64,000 bases of DNA from Candidatus Obscuribacterales bacterium (GCA_965228855.1 CBDDIJ010000002.1:1856001-1920000), one strand, 5' to 3'. Numbered from the stretch's first letter, positions 9,425 to 19,489 are shown. Notes: generated from the letters alone by a model not told the origin. Numbers and translations: made by a program.

Positions 9425-11044
9425 ATGAATAATTCTGTCAGCCGAAGAAGGTTTCTAAAAATCGCACTTAAAGCTGTTACGCTTCCGAGCAGCCTTTTGT
9501 TTGGAACCAGCCTCGCCACCGCCAGCGGTGCTCAGTCGAGAAGTCGGCTGAATATAGCAGAAACAGCTGACCATCGGATAACAGAACGGTCTGCAGTGCC
9601 CGGCAAGTCGGTTCCGGGGGACCCTGATTGGAACGCAGGTTGCGAATCTCCTGTTATTCTCCTTGCCAACGATTTGCATTCACAGCTGAATGCAACTCAA
9701 ATTGCCAGGGTCCAAACCGTTACATCTTTGACCGCGCTCCAGGCGTTTATTAAAAGTGCTGCCGGTAAGCGCCAGTCGTTTTCGACATGCGGTGGCAGGC
9801 ATGCTGGAGGCGGACAACAGTTCGCCCGTATGAAGCCGCTTTTGGATACCACTAAAATGAATCGCGTTCTTTCACTCGACAAAAAGCGTGGATTACTGGA
9901 GGTCGAATCCGGAATCAAGTGGCCCGCTCTACTGTTTTATCTAAACCATGCGAATCGCCATTCATCTAAACCCTGGGGTATCGCTCAAAAGCAGACGGGG
10001 ACAGATTTGCTGACGCTCGGTGGAACCCTGAGTGCGAATGCCCACGGTCAAGGGTTGGCAATGAAACCATTTGTTGGTGACATCGAATCATTTGTAATCG
10101 TCAATTCGAAGGGGGAGGCGGTAACTTGCAGTCGCTCTCAAAATCGAGAACTGTTCGGTCTCGCCATCGGTGGCTACGGTCTGTTTGGAACCGTTTATTC
10201 AATCAAATTGCGTCTGCGCCCCAGGCAAAAAGTACAGCGACTGGTCGAGATGATGAATGTTGATGAGGTTATTCCAACGGTAGAAAGCTGCATTGCAAGT
10301 GGTTTTCCGTACGGGGATTTTCAATTCGACATTGATGAGCGCTCGGACGGTTATCTCAAGTATGGAATTTTTTCGAAGTATAAACCTGTAGAGATCACGA
10401 CGCCTTTGCGAGAAGATCAGCATCCCTTGAGCCTGCAGGAGTGGATGGCGTTTGTTCAGCATGCTCATGTGAATAAGAAAGAGACGTTCCAGAAATTTGC
10501 GGAGTTCTATAAATCCAGTTCGGGTTTTGTAAATTGGTCAGACGTATGGCAGACCAGCACTTATTTGAACAACTACCATGCTCAAATAGACAAGGCGTTG
10601 AATTACCCAAATAAAACGACAGAGGTGCTCACTGAAATATATGTGCCTCGAAAAAGTCTTGTCGATTTTATAGACGAGGCTCGTGAGTATTTTTTGAAGA
10701 ATGACGTGAACCTGATCTACAGTACGATTCGGTTTATAGCGAAAGATGATGAGACATTTCTGCCGTGGGCTAAGGATGATTATGCGTGCGTAATCTTCAA
10801 TTTGCACACCATCCATACCTCGACAGGTATTGAACACTCCGCTCGTGCTTTTCGACATCTCATCGACCTTGCCATTAAATATGGTGGCAGCTATTACCTG
10901 ACATATCACAAGTTCGCGACCCGGGAACAGGTGCAGGCTTGCTATCCGCAGTTTCAGGATTTCTTGCGGCTAAAGCTTCGATATGACCCTGATGAACAGT
11001 TTTGTAGTAATTGGTACTGGCACTATAGAGATTTGTTTGCGTAA
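9425..11044 (+). CDS. Tat-exported FAD-linked oxidoreductase (VAO/FAD_binding_4 family, aldonolactone oxidase/DprE1-like)
   Basis: SRRRFLK twin-arginine motif; GGRHAGGGQ, TLGGTLSANAHG, IGGYGLFG, GGSYYLTYH and KLRYDP..F.S. Confidence 0.85.
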   Translation: MNNSVSRRRFLKIALKAVTLPSSLLFGTSLATASGAQSRSRLNIAETADHRITERSAVPGKSVPGDPDWNAGCESPVILLANDLHSQLNATQIARVQTVTSLTALQAFIKSAAGKRQSFSTCGGRHAGGGQQFARMKPLLDTTKMNRVLSLDKKRGLLEVESGIKWPALLFYLNHANRHSSKPWGIAQKQTGTDLLTLGGTLSANAHGQGLAMKPFVGDIESFVIVNSKGEAVTCSRSQNRELFGLAIGGYGLFGTVYSIKLRLRPRQKVQRLVEMMNVDEVIPTVESCIASGFPYGDFQFDIDERSDGYLKYGIFSKYKPVEITTPLREDQHPLSLQEWMAFVQHAHVNKKETFQKFAEFYKSSSGFVNWSDVWQTSTYLNNYHAQIDKALNYPNKTTEVLTEIYVPRKSLVDFIDEAREYFLKNDVNLIYSTIRFIAKDDETFLPWAKDDYACVIFNLHTIHTSTGIEHSARAFRHLIDLAIKYGGSYYLTYHKFATREQVQACYPQFQDFLRLKLRYDPDEQFCSNWYWHYRDLFA

Positions 11045-11454
11045 GCGAGGTTCAGTAACCAGGTTCATTAATCCGCTTTGGAGTGCTTTCTCCGCCCGCT
11101 CGTGTGAATTTAGCTAGCTGAAAGTAAACGACCAGTCTCGATCACGTTTGTGATCGAGTTGTGTGCGAACTTTCATAAATCGATGATGCGCGTCCGAAAG
11201 CGGCTTCTGATGCACTTCTTCGTGGTCAGCTTTCTGAAGCGAAATTTGCATTCTCTTTGCTTCTGAAAAAGGCGATCACAAGATACGAACATTGGGTTGC
11301 TAACCTTATCCGAGTAAAGACGCAGCAAGCCACGAGCGTCCTATGCATAAGTTTCAAGCGCTGGTTGCTGACAACTAGTGAATTGTCCAAGCCTTCTTCT
11401 AGCGGTTCTTGAAACGTTCTCTACAACAGAATAGCTTTTCCCACCTCGATAGTT

Positions 11455-11587
11455 GGTAAAGTCTATGAGTTCCCCGACTCATAGATTTTGCCTATTTGGG
11501 CTTCCCGTACCCGAAGTAGCCATATTCCGGTGGCGGCATGGGGGCGAAGTGTTTTCCATTCAGCCACCGGAATGTGCCGATAGCCCA
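11455..11587 (+). ncRNA. Candidate structured RNA of unknown family
   Basis: A 16-bp hairpin (11455-11492) and a multi-stem domain (11497-11587). The non-Watson-Crick pairs in the stems are G-U on the + strand. Confidence 0.35.
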
Positions 11588-11642
11588 TTCGTCATGCGGA
11601 ATCAAGTTCGCACGAACCCAATACTGCAACAGGAATTAAACT

Positions 11643-11703
11643 AATTAGAGCGTGACGAATTCGAATTAGAGCGTGACGAATTCTAATTAGAGCGTGACAA
11701 TTT
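11643..11703. repeat. 21-bp tandem repeat, about 3 copies (AATTAGAGCGTGACGAATTCN)
   Basis: Copies start at 11643, 11664 and 11685; the third copy overlaps the stop codon of the CDS at 11687-13708. Confidence 0.9.
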
Positions 11704-13708
11704 CCAGACCGCGGCCTGCGACGAGAGCGATTTTGCTCTGGACGGAAACGGCCGAAGCTGCCTCGAGTCCGCCAAAACTTGCTTTTACGCTGGGATTTTG
11801 CGCGTTCGATATGTCTATGACGGAAACCAAATCTTTGCCGGACGGGTCCTGTCCAACTGAGACTGCTCGTGTGTCCGTGGCAGACAGAGCGGTTCCGTTA
11901 TGCTGAAGGTCGATGGTGCCCTCTACCTTTAACTCTTTGTCGGTCTTTGACATAACTATCAGAAAGCCTTTGGAGTTCTGATCCACGGCGGTAGCAAGCA
12001 CGTTGTGCTCCGTGATGCAGATGTCTCTTACTGCAAGATTGTCGAACTTGCGGCGACCGATCTCTTTTACTTCCGAGTCAATGCTGAATAAAGCGACCTC
12101 ATGAATGTCGCTTGCGAAGAGCGTTCCGCCCATCGATTCAATGTTTGTGAAGTTGCCTGGCAGGTCAAAAGGTTTTTGTGCTTCCAAATTGTCGGAGAAA
12201 ACTTTGATTGGATAAACGCGCGTGATCTTGCCCATCGCGTCTGCAACATACGCCTTGTGCTGCGATTTATCAAAGGTGAGGGTTCTACATTTGTCCGGCA
12301 CTTTTGCACTGGCTAGCTGGCGATCCAGTTGAGCCATTTTGCGCAGTGTCACTGCTTCCTTCTCCAGGCAAAGAATGAAGCTTCCAGCGCCAACCATCGC
12401 TCTGACAGAGGTCGATAGCGGGGAGCTTGACACCAGGTGTGGGTGCTCGGGATCGGCGATGTCGTAAAGCATGAGCTCGGCACCGACGAGTACGACTTGA
12501 GAGCCCCAGGCGGCGATGCCAGCTGCGGCGAGTCTGGGAATCTTATAGTTGTAAGCGCTTGTCCAACTGCCGGCTGAACTGTTTAGCACTTGCACGCCGG
12601 ACCAACCAGACGCGATGTACATCTCCTTTCCGTTTACCACCATGCTCGCTCGCTCGACGGAAGAGGCCTTGGCGATCGGTACATCGGTGGTTTGAGTGCG
12701 CGATAGATTGTTTAGCTTGTCCAGAGATAAAGCGTTCAAAACAAGCTTTCCGTTTCCGCTCTTTGTGAGAACCAGGTACTGACTGCCTTGCGACGTGACG
12801 GACAAAATTTTCTCCTGGTCGTCCAGCGGTACCGTCGATACTGCATGCGGTGCAGGTTTCAACGCAATGGTGCTTGCTTGTAGTTGGCGACCGGACTGAT
12901 CCGATGAACCGGCAAGTATAAGAGTATTGCCTACGCGGGTCATCTTCTCATAGCAGCCCTTTACTTCGAGCGAATGTGTCTGTTGCGGCGAACTCAGCTG
13001 TCCAAGGCTGTAGCAGTCAAGCTGCGTGTTGGACCCGTTCTCCTGAACGAGAATCAGTTCTCGTTTTGAATAGTCGATTGCCGCGACAGGTAATTTAGTC
13101 GTGATCGAGGAGATCATGGTGGCATCTTTGCTGCGTTTGCCGGGAGGCGTATAGAGCGCGACTAGATGTTCTCCGCTGCGGGATTTACCGCCGACAAACA
13201 ATACGTCTTTATCTGCAAACAGAACATTTGCATCGTCATGCTGCTCGAGAAGTGTCTTTGATACTACAGACGGTGAATCTGGTTTCGTAATGTCGATAGC
13301 GACCAGGTAGAATTTTGCTTCCGGTCCTTCGGCTGGATCTTTCATCAGCGCATAGGCGAAAGATTGCGCCTTTCCGACCTTCAGAGCGACAACACGCTTT
13401 CCAATGCCGGACAGTTCTGCCACTACTTTCGGTGGCGACTTTGCACTGGCACTTCCTGCCTTTCGCAAATCCACAACCGAGAATCGACCGAATTGATCGC
13501 TGAAAACCAGATATCCCTTCCTGTCTATGTCGACATGGTCTGGGACGATCGCGGGTGGCCATGCCTCTTTCGATAGGCTGTGCGGTCCGGTTATTGTAAC
13601 CGGCTTGGCTTTTTTCTTGAGCTTTGCGTGGGCGGGCAGACATTCAGTAAGCTCGAAGAAAATCAGGCTTCCAAAGGCACGAGAAAGGAAACTTCTTCTA
13701 GAAAGCAT
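11687..13708 (-). CDS. Tat-exported LVIVD-repeat (beta-propeller) protein
   Basis: SRRSFL Tat motif; repeats LVAIDITKPDSP, LYDIADPEHP, VIDISNAQNP and MYIASGWSGVQVL. Confidence 0.75.
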   Translation of the reverse strand: MLSRRSFLSRAFGSLIFFELTECLPAHAKLKKKAKPVTITGPHSLSKEAWPPAIVPDHVDIDRKGYLVFSDQFGRFSVVDLRKAGSASAKSPPKVVAELSGIGKRVVALKVGKAQSFAYALMKDPAEGPEAKFYLVAIDITKPDSPSVVSKTLLEQHDDANVLFADKDVLFVGGKSRSGEHLVALYTPPGKRSKDATMISSITTKLPVAAIDYSKRELILVQENGSNTQLDCYSLGQLSSPQQTHSLEVKGCYEKMTRVGNTLILAGSSDQSGRQLQASTIALKPAPHAVSTVPLDDQEKILSVTSQGSQYLVLTKSGNGKLVLNALSLDKLNNLSRTQTTDVPIAKASSVERASMVVNGKEMYIASGWSGVQVLNSSAGSWTSAYNYKIPRLAAAGIAAWGSQVVLVGAELMLYDIADPEHPHLVSSSPLSTSVRAMVGAGSFILCLEKEAVTLRKMAQLDRQLASAKVPDKCRTLTFDKSQHKAYVADAMGKITRVYPIKVFSDNLEAQKPFDLPGNFTNIESMGGTLFASDIHEVALFSIDSEVKEIGRRKFDNLAVRDICITEHNVLATAVDQNSKGFLIVMSKTDKELKVEGTIDLQHNGTALSATDTRAVSVGQDPSGKDLVSVIDISNAQNPSVKASFGGLEAASAVSVQSKIALVAGRGLEIVTL

Positions 13709-13736
13709 ATGCGGTTGTTAACGTCATTGGGGTGTC

Positions 13737-13991
13737 TTACAGGAAATTGTTGATAAGACCAAACAGTCCTTGAAGACACATTATAGCTACGATCGGCGAG
13801 AGATCAATGTTGCCGATGGGAGGAATAATTTTACGAAAAGGTTCGATGACAGGTCTGACAATCTTGTCGAGAGTCTTAAAAGGTTGGTCATACCAGTTGA
13901 TATTCGGAAACCAGCTCAACAGGCACCAGATAATCAGCAAAAAGTTGAATAACTGAAGTACACTTCCGAGTATCTGTGCAATAGGGCTCAT
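13737..13991 (-). CDS. yggT: YggT family membrane protein
   Basis: LLSWFP..PF..L..IV.P...PFRKIIPPIGNIDLSPIVA signature. Confidence 0.93.
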   Translation of the reverse strand: MSPIAQILGSVLQLFNFLLIIWCLLSWFPNINWYDQPFKTLDKIVRPVIEPFRKIIPPIGNIDLSPIVAIMCLQGLFGLINNFL

Positions 13992-14078
13992 GCGATTACC
14001 TTCTTTAAATAGACTCCCCTATGGGCTGATTGTAGCATTTTATATGTTTGCAACCACGTTGAATACGGGAAAAACACG

Positions 14079-15158
14079 ATGAATTCCGAAGCGTCCTCTC
14101 AGACAGCCGAGCAGCGTTTGGTTGAGCAAATTAAAGATTGGACAAGCAGCAGATATATTGGTGATGACTGCGCCATTTTGCCGGGAGGACTTCTTGTAAG
14201 TGTTGACAGCCTGGCAGAGGGTACGCATTTTAGTCTGAAAACCACTAACCTCGCCGATCTCGGTTGGAAGTCCGCAGCAGTCAACTTGAGTGATATAGCC
14301 GCGATGGCGGGGCGTCCTCGATATCTATTGATTAGTTTAGGTTTCCCGCCGGCGCTGCTCGAGTCGCAGATCGAGCGATTCTATGCCGGTTTTGTCGATT
14401 GTGCCAGGGCGTTTCGCGTGCAAATCGCAGGTGGCGATTTAATTAAATCTACCAGCGTCAGCATCTCCGTGACGGCTATTGGCGACGTGCACGAGCATGG
14501 CGTGATGCGGCGAGACGGTGCGAAACCGGGTGACATCATAATAGTTACTGGTGATTTCGGCGCCAGCGCGGCAGGTTTGCACCTTCTCGCCCAGCAGGCT
14601 GAAACTTCGGGCGAGACAGTTTTTGCAGAGCGACAGGCAGCAGCAAATGCGCGAAGCTACTGCATAAACCGCCATCTAAGACCATTGCCACGACTCTGCG
14701 AAGCCTGGGCGTTAAACCGTTCCGCCCGTGGCGCAGGCGCGCTTATGGATGCTTCCGACGGTCTGGCCGATGCGCTCGTTCAACTGGCCCGCGCCTCTAA
14801 AGTTTCACTCACAGTTGATCTTGAAAAGGTTCCAGTTCATGACGAAACCATCGATGCGGCAAAAAAAGCGGGGCTCGATCCTTTAGACTGGGTGCTCTAC
14901 GGTGGAGAGGACTACGAGCTGGTTGCCTGTGTCTCTGAAGAATCGTGGCAAAAAATCCGCGATTCAAACGGCGCTGGTAATCCATTTACAGCCATCGGAG
15001 TGGTGAACGGCGATTTTGTCTTCGACGGCAAAGTCGCAGAGGAAGCCAGCGTTTCAAAAAACTCGCCAGTGTCACCCGTGACTTTGACGAATGGTTTGAA
15101 ACCCGGACCGGAACTCGATCTCAACAGGTGCTATCAGCACGCCCTCGCGTCGCAATAG
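14079..15158 (+). CDS. thiL: Thiamine-monophosphate kinase
   Basis: IGDDCA, GWKSAAVNLSDIAAMAG, GGD, MDASDGL, GGEDYEL. Confidence 0.96.
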   Translation: MNSEASSQTAEQRLVEQIKDWTSSRYIGDDCAILPGGLLVSVDSLAEGTHFSLKTTNLADLGWKSAAVNLSDIAAMAGRPRYLLISLGFPPALLESQIERFYAGFVDCARAFRVQIAGGDLIKSTSVSISVTAIGDVHEHGVMRRDGAKPGDIIIVTGDFGASAAGLHLLAQQAETSGETVFAERQAAANARSYCINRHLRPLPRLCEAWALNRSARGAGALMDASDGLADALVQLARASKVSLTVDLEKVPVHDETIDAAKKAGLDPLDWVLYGGEDYELVACVSEESWQKIRDSNGAGNPFTAIGVVNGDFVFDGKVAEEASVSKNSPVSPVTLTNGLKPGPELDLNRCYQHALASQ

Positions 15159-15228
15159 CTTCACTAGAAAAGCAAAGTGCAGTGAAATCAGAGCCCGCTT
15201 TAAACCCCGCATATAAAAGGAATCGATC

Positions 15229-16113
15229 GTGCCAGAAACTCAAATAGCTGAAATTCTCGATGGAAAAGCCTGCGCCGCGGACACGCGAAATGGTCTCAAG
15301 GAGCGGGTCGCAGTCCACACGGGCAAAGGAAATCGAGCGCCCGGTCTTGCTGTCATTCTGGTCGGCGACAATCCAGCCAGCGAGCTTTACGTCAAAAACA
15401 AAATTACTGCGTGCAAAAACGTTGGCATCGAGAGCTTCCTTCATAAGTTTCCCGCGGATGCCACCGAAGAAGAGGTTATGAAAACGGTTCAGATTCTAAA
15501 TGACTCTGATACCGTAGATGGTATCTTGGTGCAATTGCCGCTGCCGGGTCATCTCAACGAAGCCAAGATCCTGGAAGCAATGCGCCCTGACAAAGACGCG
15601 GACGGTTTACACCCTTACAATCTTGGCCTGTTGCTCAGCGGCAAGCCGGGGCTGCAACCATGCACGCCTGCCGGAATAATGGTTTTGCTGGACAAGTACA
15701 ATGTCAAGCTCGAGGGTGTCAAAGCTACTGTCATCGGTCGTTCCAATTTGGTTGGAAAACCGATTGCGCTTATGCTCATGCAGCGCAATGCGACAGTGAC
15801 CATCTGCCATTCGCGCACGAAAAACTTGAAAGAGATCGTTCAAGAGACCGATGTTCTTGTGGTCGCGATTGGCAAATCGCAATTCGTTCAAGGTGATTGG
15901 ATCAAGCCGGGCGCGGTCGTCGTCGACGTTGGCATCCACTACGAGAAAGGTGAGGGCGACAAATCTGTCATCACTGGCGACGTCGATTACAAAGCGGCTA
16001 AGCCGGTTGCGAAGATGATCACGCCGGTGCCTGGCGGAGTAGGACCGATGACAGTGGCGCAGCTGCTGGCGAACACGGTTTATTCATATGAAAAACGGCT
16101 GGGGTTGCAGTAA
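15229..16113 (+). CDS. folD: Bifunctional methylenetetrahydrofolate dehydrogenase/cyclohydrolase
   Basis: DGILVQLPLP, KDADG, PCTPAG, GRSNLVGKP, ITPVPGGVGPMT. Confidence 0.98.
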   Translation: MPETQIAEILDGKACAADTRNGLKERVAVHTGKGNRAPGLAVILVGDNPASELYVKNKITACKNVGIESFLHKFPADATEEEVMKTVQILNDSDTVDGILVQLPLPGHLNEAKILEAMRPDKDADGLHPYNLGLLLSGKPGLQPCTPAGIMVLLDKYNVKLEGVKATVIGRSNLVGKPIALMLMQRNATVTICHSRTKNLKEIVQETDVLVVAIGKSQFVQGDWIKPGAVVVDVGIHYEKGEGDKSVITGDVDYKAAKPVAKMITPVPGGVGPMTVAQLLANTVYSYEKRLGLQ

Positions 16114-16210
16114 GCATCTGGTTTGTTGCAGTGAAACTTGGCGGAGCGAACGGTTTGAACCGCTTGCCTGACGTTCGGGCAGGTTTGTGAAACAATAGCC
16201 GTTAGAAGAC

Positions 16211-16867
16211 GTGGGCGTTTCGATGAGTAAGAAAGACAATTCCAAACCATTGCCGCTATGGGCGAAAGGGCTAATTCTGCTCGTTGCGTTTGGGATGGTC
16301 GGTGCTCTTGCGTCCGTGATCCTGTTGACTGCTGGACTCAAGTTTCAAATCGACAATTCGCAAGACCCGCGATACATTCGGCAGGTCGCGGCCAAAATGA
16401 TTCGATTGCCGGAGCCGTTGCCGAAGGACTATCAATATATTCTGGGCGCCGACCTGTGGTTCGCTCAAGTTGTTTCTATTGACTACAAAAACGGGTTCCA
16501 GCGGCTTGTTTTCGTAGCCTGCCCGACTGACAAAAACGCGCAGCAGATGCTCACGGATGCGTTCGAACGCGGCATGATCACCGCTGAGGCTCAGACGCGG
16601 TTTACCAGTGTGATAACCGAGGGCGGGTGGCTGATTCAGGATACGCAGATTCCATACAGGGTTGGCAAGTTGGCCGATAACGGTGGAATCGGTTTGGTCG
16701 CAGTTGTTTCCACAGTTGGTGATGGCTTGCCCCAACCCGGACAGGCGCCCGCTCCTGTCGGTGGCGAAAGAAGTCAATCGGGTCGTGGCTTGATCCTCTA
16801 CGCCTTGCAGCCCAAGGGTGAGACTTTCGACATGAAAGTGTGTACGGATTTGCTGCAGCCTTTTTAG
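16211..16867 (+). CDS. Hypothetical membrane-anchored protein
   Basis: 218-aa ORF with an N-terminal TM, co-oriented with folD. Confidence 0.6.
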   Translation: MGVSMSKKDNSKPLPLWAKGLILLVAFGMVGALASVILLTAGLKFQIDNSQDPRYIRQVAAKMIRLPEPLPKDYQYILGADLWFAQVVSIDYKNGFQRLVFVACPTDKNAQQMLTDAFERGMITAEAQTRFTSVITEGGWLIQDTQIPYRVGKLADNGGIGLVAVVSTVGDGLPQPGQAPAPVGGERSQSGRGLILYALQPKGETFDMKVCTDLLQPF

Positions 16868-16921
16868 GAATTTGTAAATCCCCTTAATAGGCGTTAGCAT
16901 CGGACCTGCGAAGCCCTATAC

Positions 16922-17140
16922 TTGTATCTGTTACAGGAGCCAGTCAAGAGGCTCGACCCGACAGCTAGGAGACGAAGCATGAGCGCAGGGCACAGCAACA
17001 CGAGTCAACAATGGTTGATATTCTTCTTTGTCTGCTTTGCGATGTCGGTCTTCGCGATAGGGGTGTGGGCAGCGTTCAACTACGACGTGCATAAAGCAAC
17101 CTTGCCGCCTGGCGCTTCCAGCAGCGGCGGCGGTCACTAA
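16922..17140 (+). CDS. Small single-TM protein (start may be 16979)
   Basis: TM WLIFFFVCFAMSVFAIGVWAAF; AGGAG precedes ATG 16979; terminator follows. Confidence 0.55.
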   Translation: MYLLQEPVKRLDPTARRRSMSAGHSNTSQQWLIFFFVCFAMSVFAIGVWAAFNYDVHKATLPPGASSSGGGH

Positions 17141-17178
17141 ATAGAGCGAGCCAGTCGAGGTCATTGTTAGAGAAAGCA

Positions 17179-17205
17179 AAACGCACTGTTGAAAACAGTG
17201 CGTTT
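17179..17205. terminator. Bidirectional intrinsic terminator
   Basis: AAACGCACTGTT / AACAGTGCGTTT hairpin between convergent genes. Confidence 0.7.
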
Positions 17206-17233
17206 CTTAGTTTGTGGATTGCTACTGAAAACT

Positions 17234-18673
17234 TCAGAGCGCTGCTTCTGCAGCTGCTTCCATATCGTTCGCCGGTTCGAGCAGTGCTTTAAACTGGTCG
17301 CACCAGAGGGTGAGAGTATTCTCGGTGAGGCGCGAGCGCATTCCGTTCATGCGCTCTAATTTGTCGCGGTCAGATAAGCTGAGTGCATCGAAGATCGAGC
17401 CACTCATCTCTTTCGGGTCGAATGGATTTGTCTCGATAGCCCATGGACCGAGTTCTTCGAATGCGCCGCAGTGAGGAGACAAACCGAGCACACCCGGTCG
17501 ATTCGATTGACAGGCGATGTACTCTTTTGCCGTCAAATTCAGTCCGTCGCGCACCGGGGTGACCAGCATCATTGATGCGTTCGCATACAACAGTGACAGT
17601 TCAGCCGGCTTAAGCGGTCCCTTGAGATTTAGAACGGGCTGCCAGTCTGCTGTCGAATGTTTTGAATTTACTTCTTGAATTAAACGTTGGATGTTGAACC
17701 AGTTGTTGTCGAAGGCTTCGATGCCTGGTCTTGTCCTCGTGCACAACTGCGCGAAAGTGAGCTTGCCGATCAACTCTGGATGCTCATTAAAGAAGTGACC
17801 GATTGCCTCGATGCGTGGCGCGACACCCTTGGTGTAGTCTGCTCTGTCAACTGACAGCACGTAATCGGTATGGATAAGAGAAGGATGTAGATGCAGTTTA
17901 GAGCGAACGCGGGAAACTTTTTCCCAGTGGTCAACATCGAGACCCAGAGGCGCGGCGACAACTTTGGTGAAGCGATTCTGACTCGTGTATTTGTCTGCGA
18001 GTCGAATGCGCCATGTGTCTTCCATTGTCGGCGTCGCTTTGGGATTGACGTATGCCACGCTCTGTCTCGTGATCGTTCGGTTGCGCATCGACACGGTTGT
18101 ACCCGGAATATTCTTTGCTACGAAGCTGAAGAAATTGGAGCAATACTCTTGGGTGTGGAAACCGATGAACTCGGCTGAGAGCAACGATTTTGCAAGATCG
18201 ACGATCGCCGGCAGGTAGCTCTGGGGAACGGATTTCGGCCACGGAATGTGCCAGAAGATTCCGCATGCGGGACCATCAAGACGTTGAAGTTCCTTCGGTA
18301 ATAGCGCGAGCTGATAGTCTTGAACGAATAATTTCGATGTTGTGTATCGCGAGTTCTCTTCCACTATTTCGCGCGCGAAGATACGGTTGAAACGTTCATA
18401 CAGAGCTCGATCTTCAACTCTGTAAGTTGCAAACTCGCTCATGTCATGCATGATAGGCCAGAGAAATTCGTTGCAGTATCGATAGTGCCCTTCGATCAGA
18501 GACTCGGAGAGCAGATGTCTGGCATTCGGCTGAGCGATACCATTCGAGTACTTAATAGTGTTGTCTTCGATGTGCCACCATTTGTGGCTCGGACCATCGC
18601 CGGCGACCATCTGGGTCAGTGCTGGTGAGACTCCACCAGCCATGCCGGGTCCGCGATAGGAAACTATTTGCAT
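17234..18673 (-). CDS. otsA: Trehalose-6-phosphate synthase (GT20)
   Basis: AGGV, CNEFLWPIMH, QDYQL, FWHIPWP, SVDRADYTKG, RDGLNLTAKEY. ATG 18673 has a GGAG RBS. Confidence 0.85.
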   Translation of the reverse strand: MQIVSYRGPGMAGGVSPALTQMVAGDGPSHKWWHIEDNTIKYSNGIAQPNARHLLSESLIEGHYRYCNEFLWPIMHDMSEFATYRVEDRALYERFNRIFAREIVEENSRYTTSKLFVQDYQLALLPKELQRLDGPACGIFWHIPWPKSVPQSYLPAIVDLAKSLLSAEFIGFHTQEYCSNFFSFVAKNIPGTTVSMRNRTITRQSVAYVNPKATPTMEDTWRIRLADKYTSQNRFTKVVAAPLGLDVDHWEKVSRVRSKLHLHPSLIHTDYVLSVDRADYTKGVAPRIEAIGHFFNEHPELIGKLTFAQLCTRTRPGIEAFDNNWFNIQRLIQEVNSKHSTADWQPVLNLKGPLKPAELSLLYANASMMLVTPVRDGLNLTAKEYIACQSNRPGVLGLSPHCGAFEELGPWAIETNPFDPKEMSGSIFDALSLSDRDKLERMNGMRSRLTENTLTLWCDQFKALLEPANDMEAAAEAAL

Positions 18674-19489
18674 ATGCCTTCTCCGTCGTACAGCCGGAAA
18701 TGGAACTCCACAGGCGGAGCAACTTGCCATCCGACTGCGGCAAGTTCGATGATTCCTGGAACTTTCAAAAACCAGAGCTAGTGACCACGATCGCCAGCTC
18801 TGAGCAATATACGGATAGCACTTTATGACATGCGCAGTGTCGGTTTCGTTTCAGATCCGTTTCGTCACTCTTTCGGATGCTGCCTTGATGAAACTTTCTG
18901 ATCGTTGTATCCATTGGCCCAACAGTGTGTCGAGCTTTAGATATTGCCGAGATTTTGTTCCATTAGTAATGAGTAAGCTTTTCATTTGGTGAACTGTTCG
19001 CGCAAGGATAGCGAGAGTAGTCTAGTTCTGACAGTTTCGCGTAATTCAATTCTCCGGAAGTTGGCGCAGCTAGAAGATAGTCTTCGCCGACGAAATTGGT
19101 TTGAGACTTCGCAAACTGGCATCGCTCCTGTCTTTTTTTTGCAATCTAAAACGGCCGGTAGTTGCAGAACCGCAAGCGGCATTCACGTGATACATCGGAA
19201 ACTGAACGATGAATAGCGTCTGTTTTGTTGACTGCTAAAGGTTTTCGCTGGCAGTCTCGAGATGCAATTTTAGAATCGCCACCGGAAGAAGTTGGATTAA
19301 AGACGAACTGTAGTAATCAACGCTAAGCATCATGTCACCGCCGGTGGTGGTGGTGTTTGAACTTGCGGCGTCCACAGCGAAATATCGAGGACTCGATGCG
19401 TTTATATAACGAGTATATGAGCGCTATGATACATCGCGATTCTACTGCCGAGGAGGGCGATAAGCCGAAGGCGATTTCGATTTCGTAGT

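Noticed and set aside
11497..11587. HDV-like ribozyme
   Set aside because: Only 18 nt lie between the would-be P2 and P4, too few for P3, L3, P1 and P1.1, and no P1 partner was found.
11643..11703. Possible mini CRISPR array
   Set aside because: The repeats are directly adjacent with no spacers, and there are no cas genes in the window.
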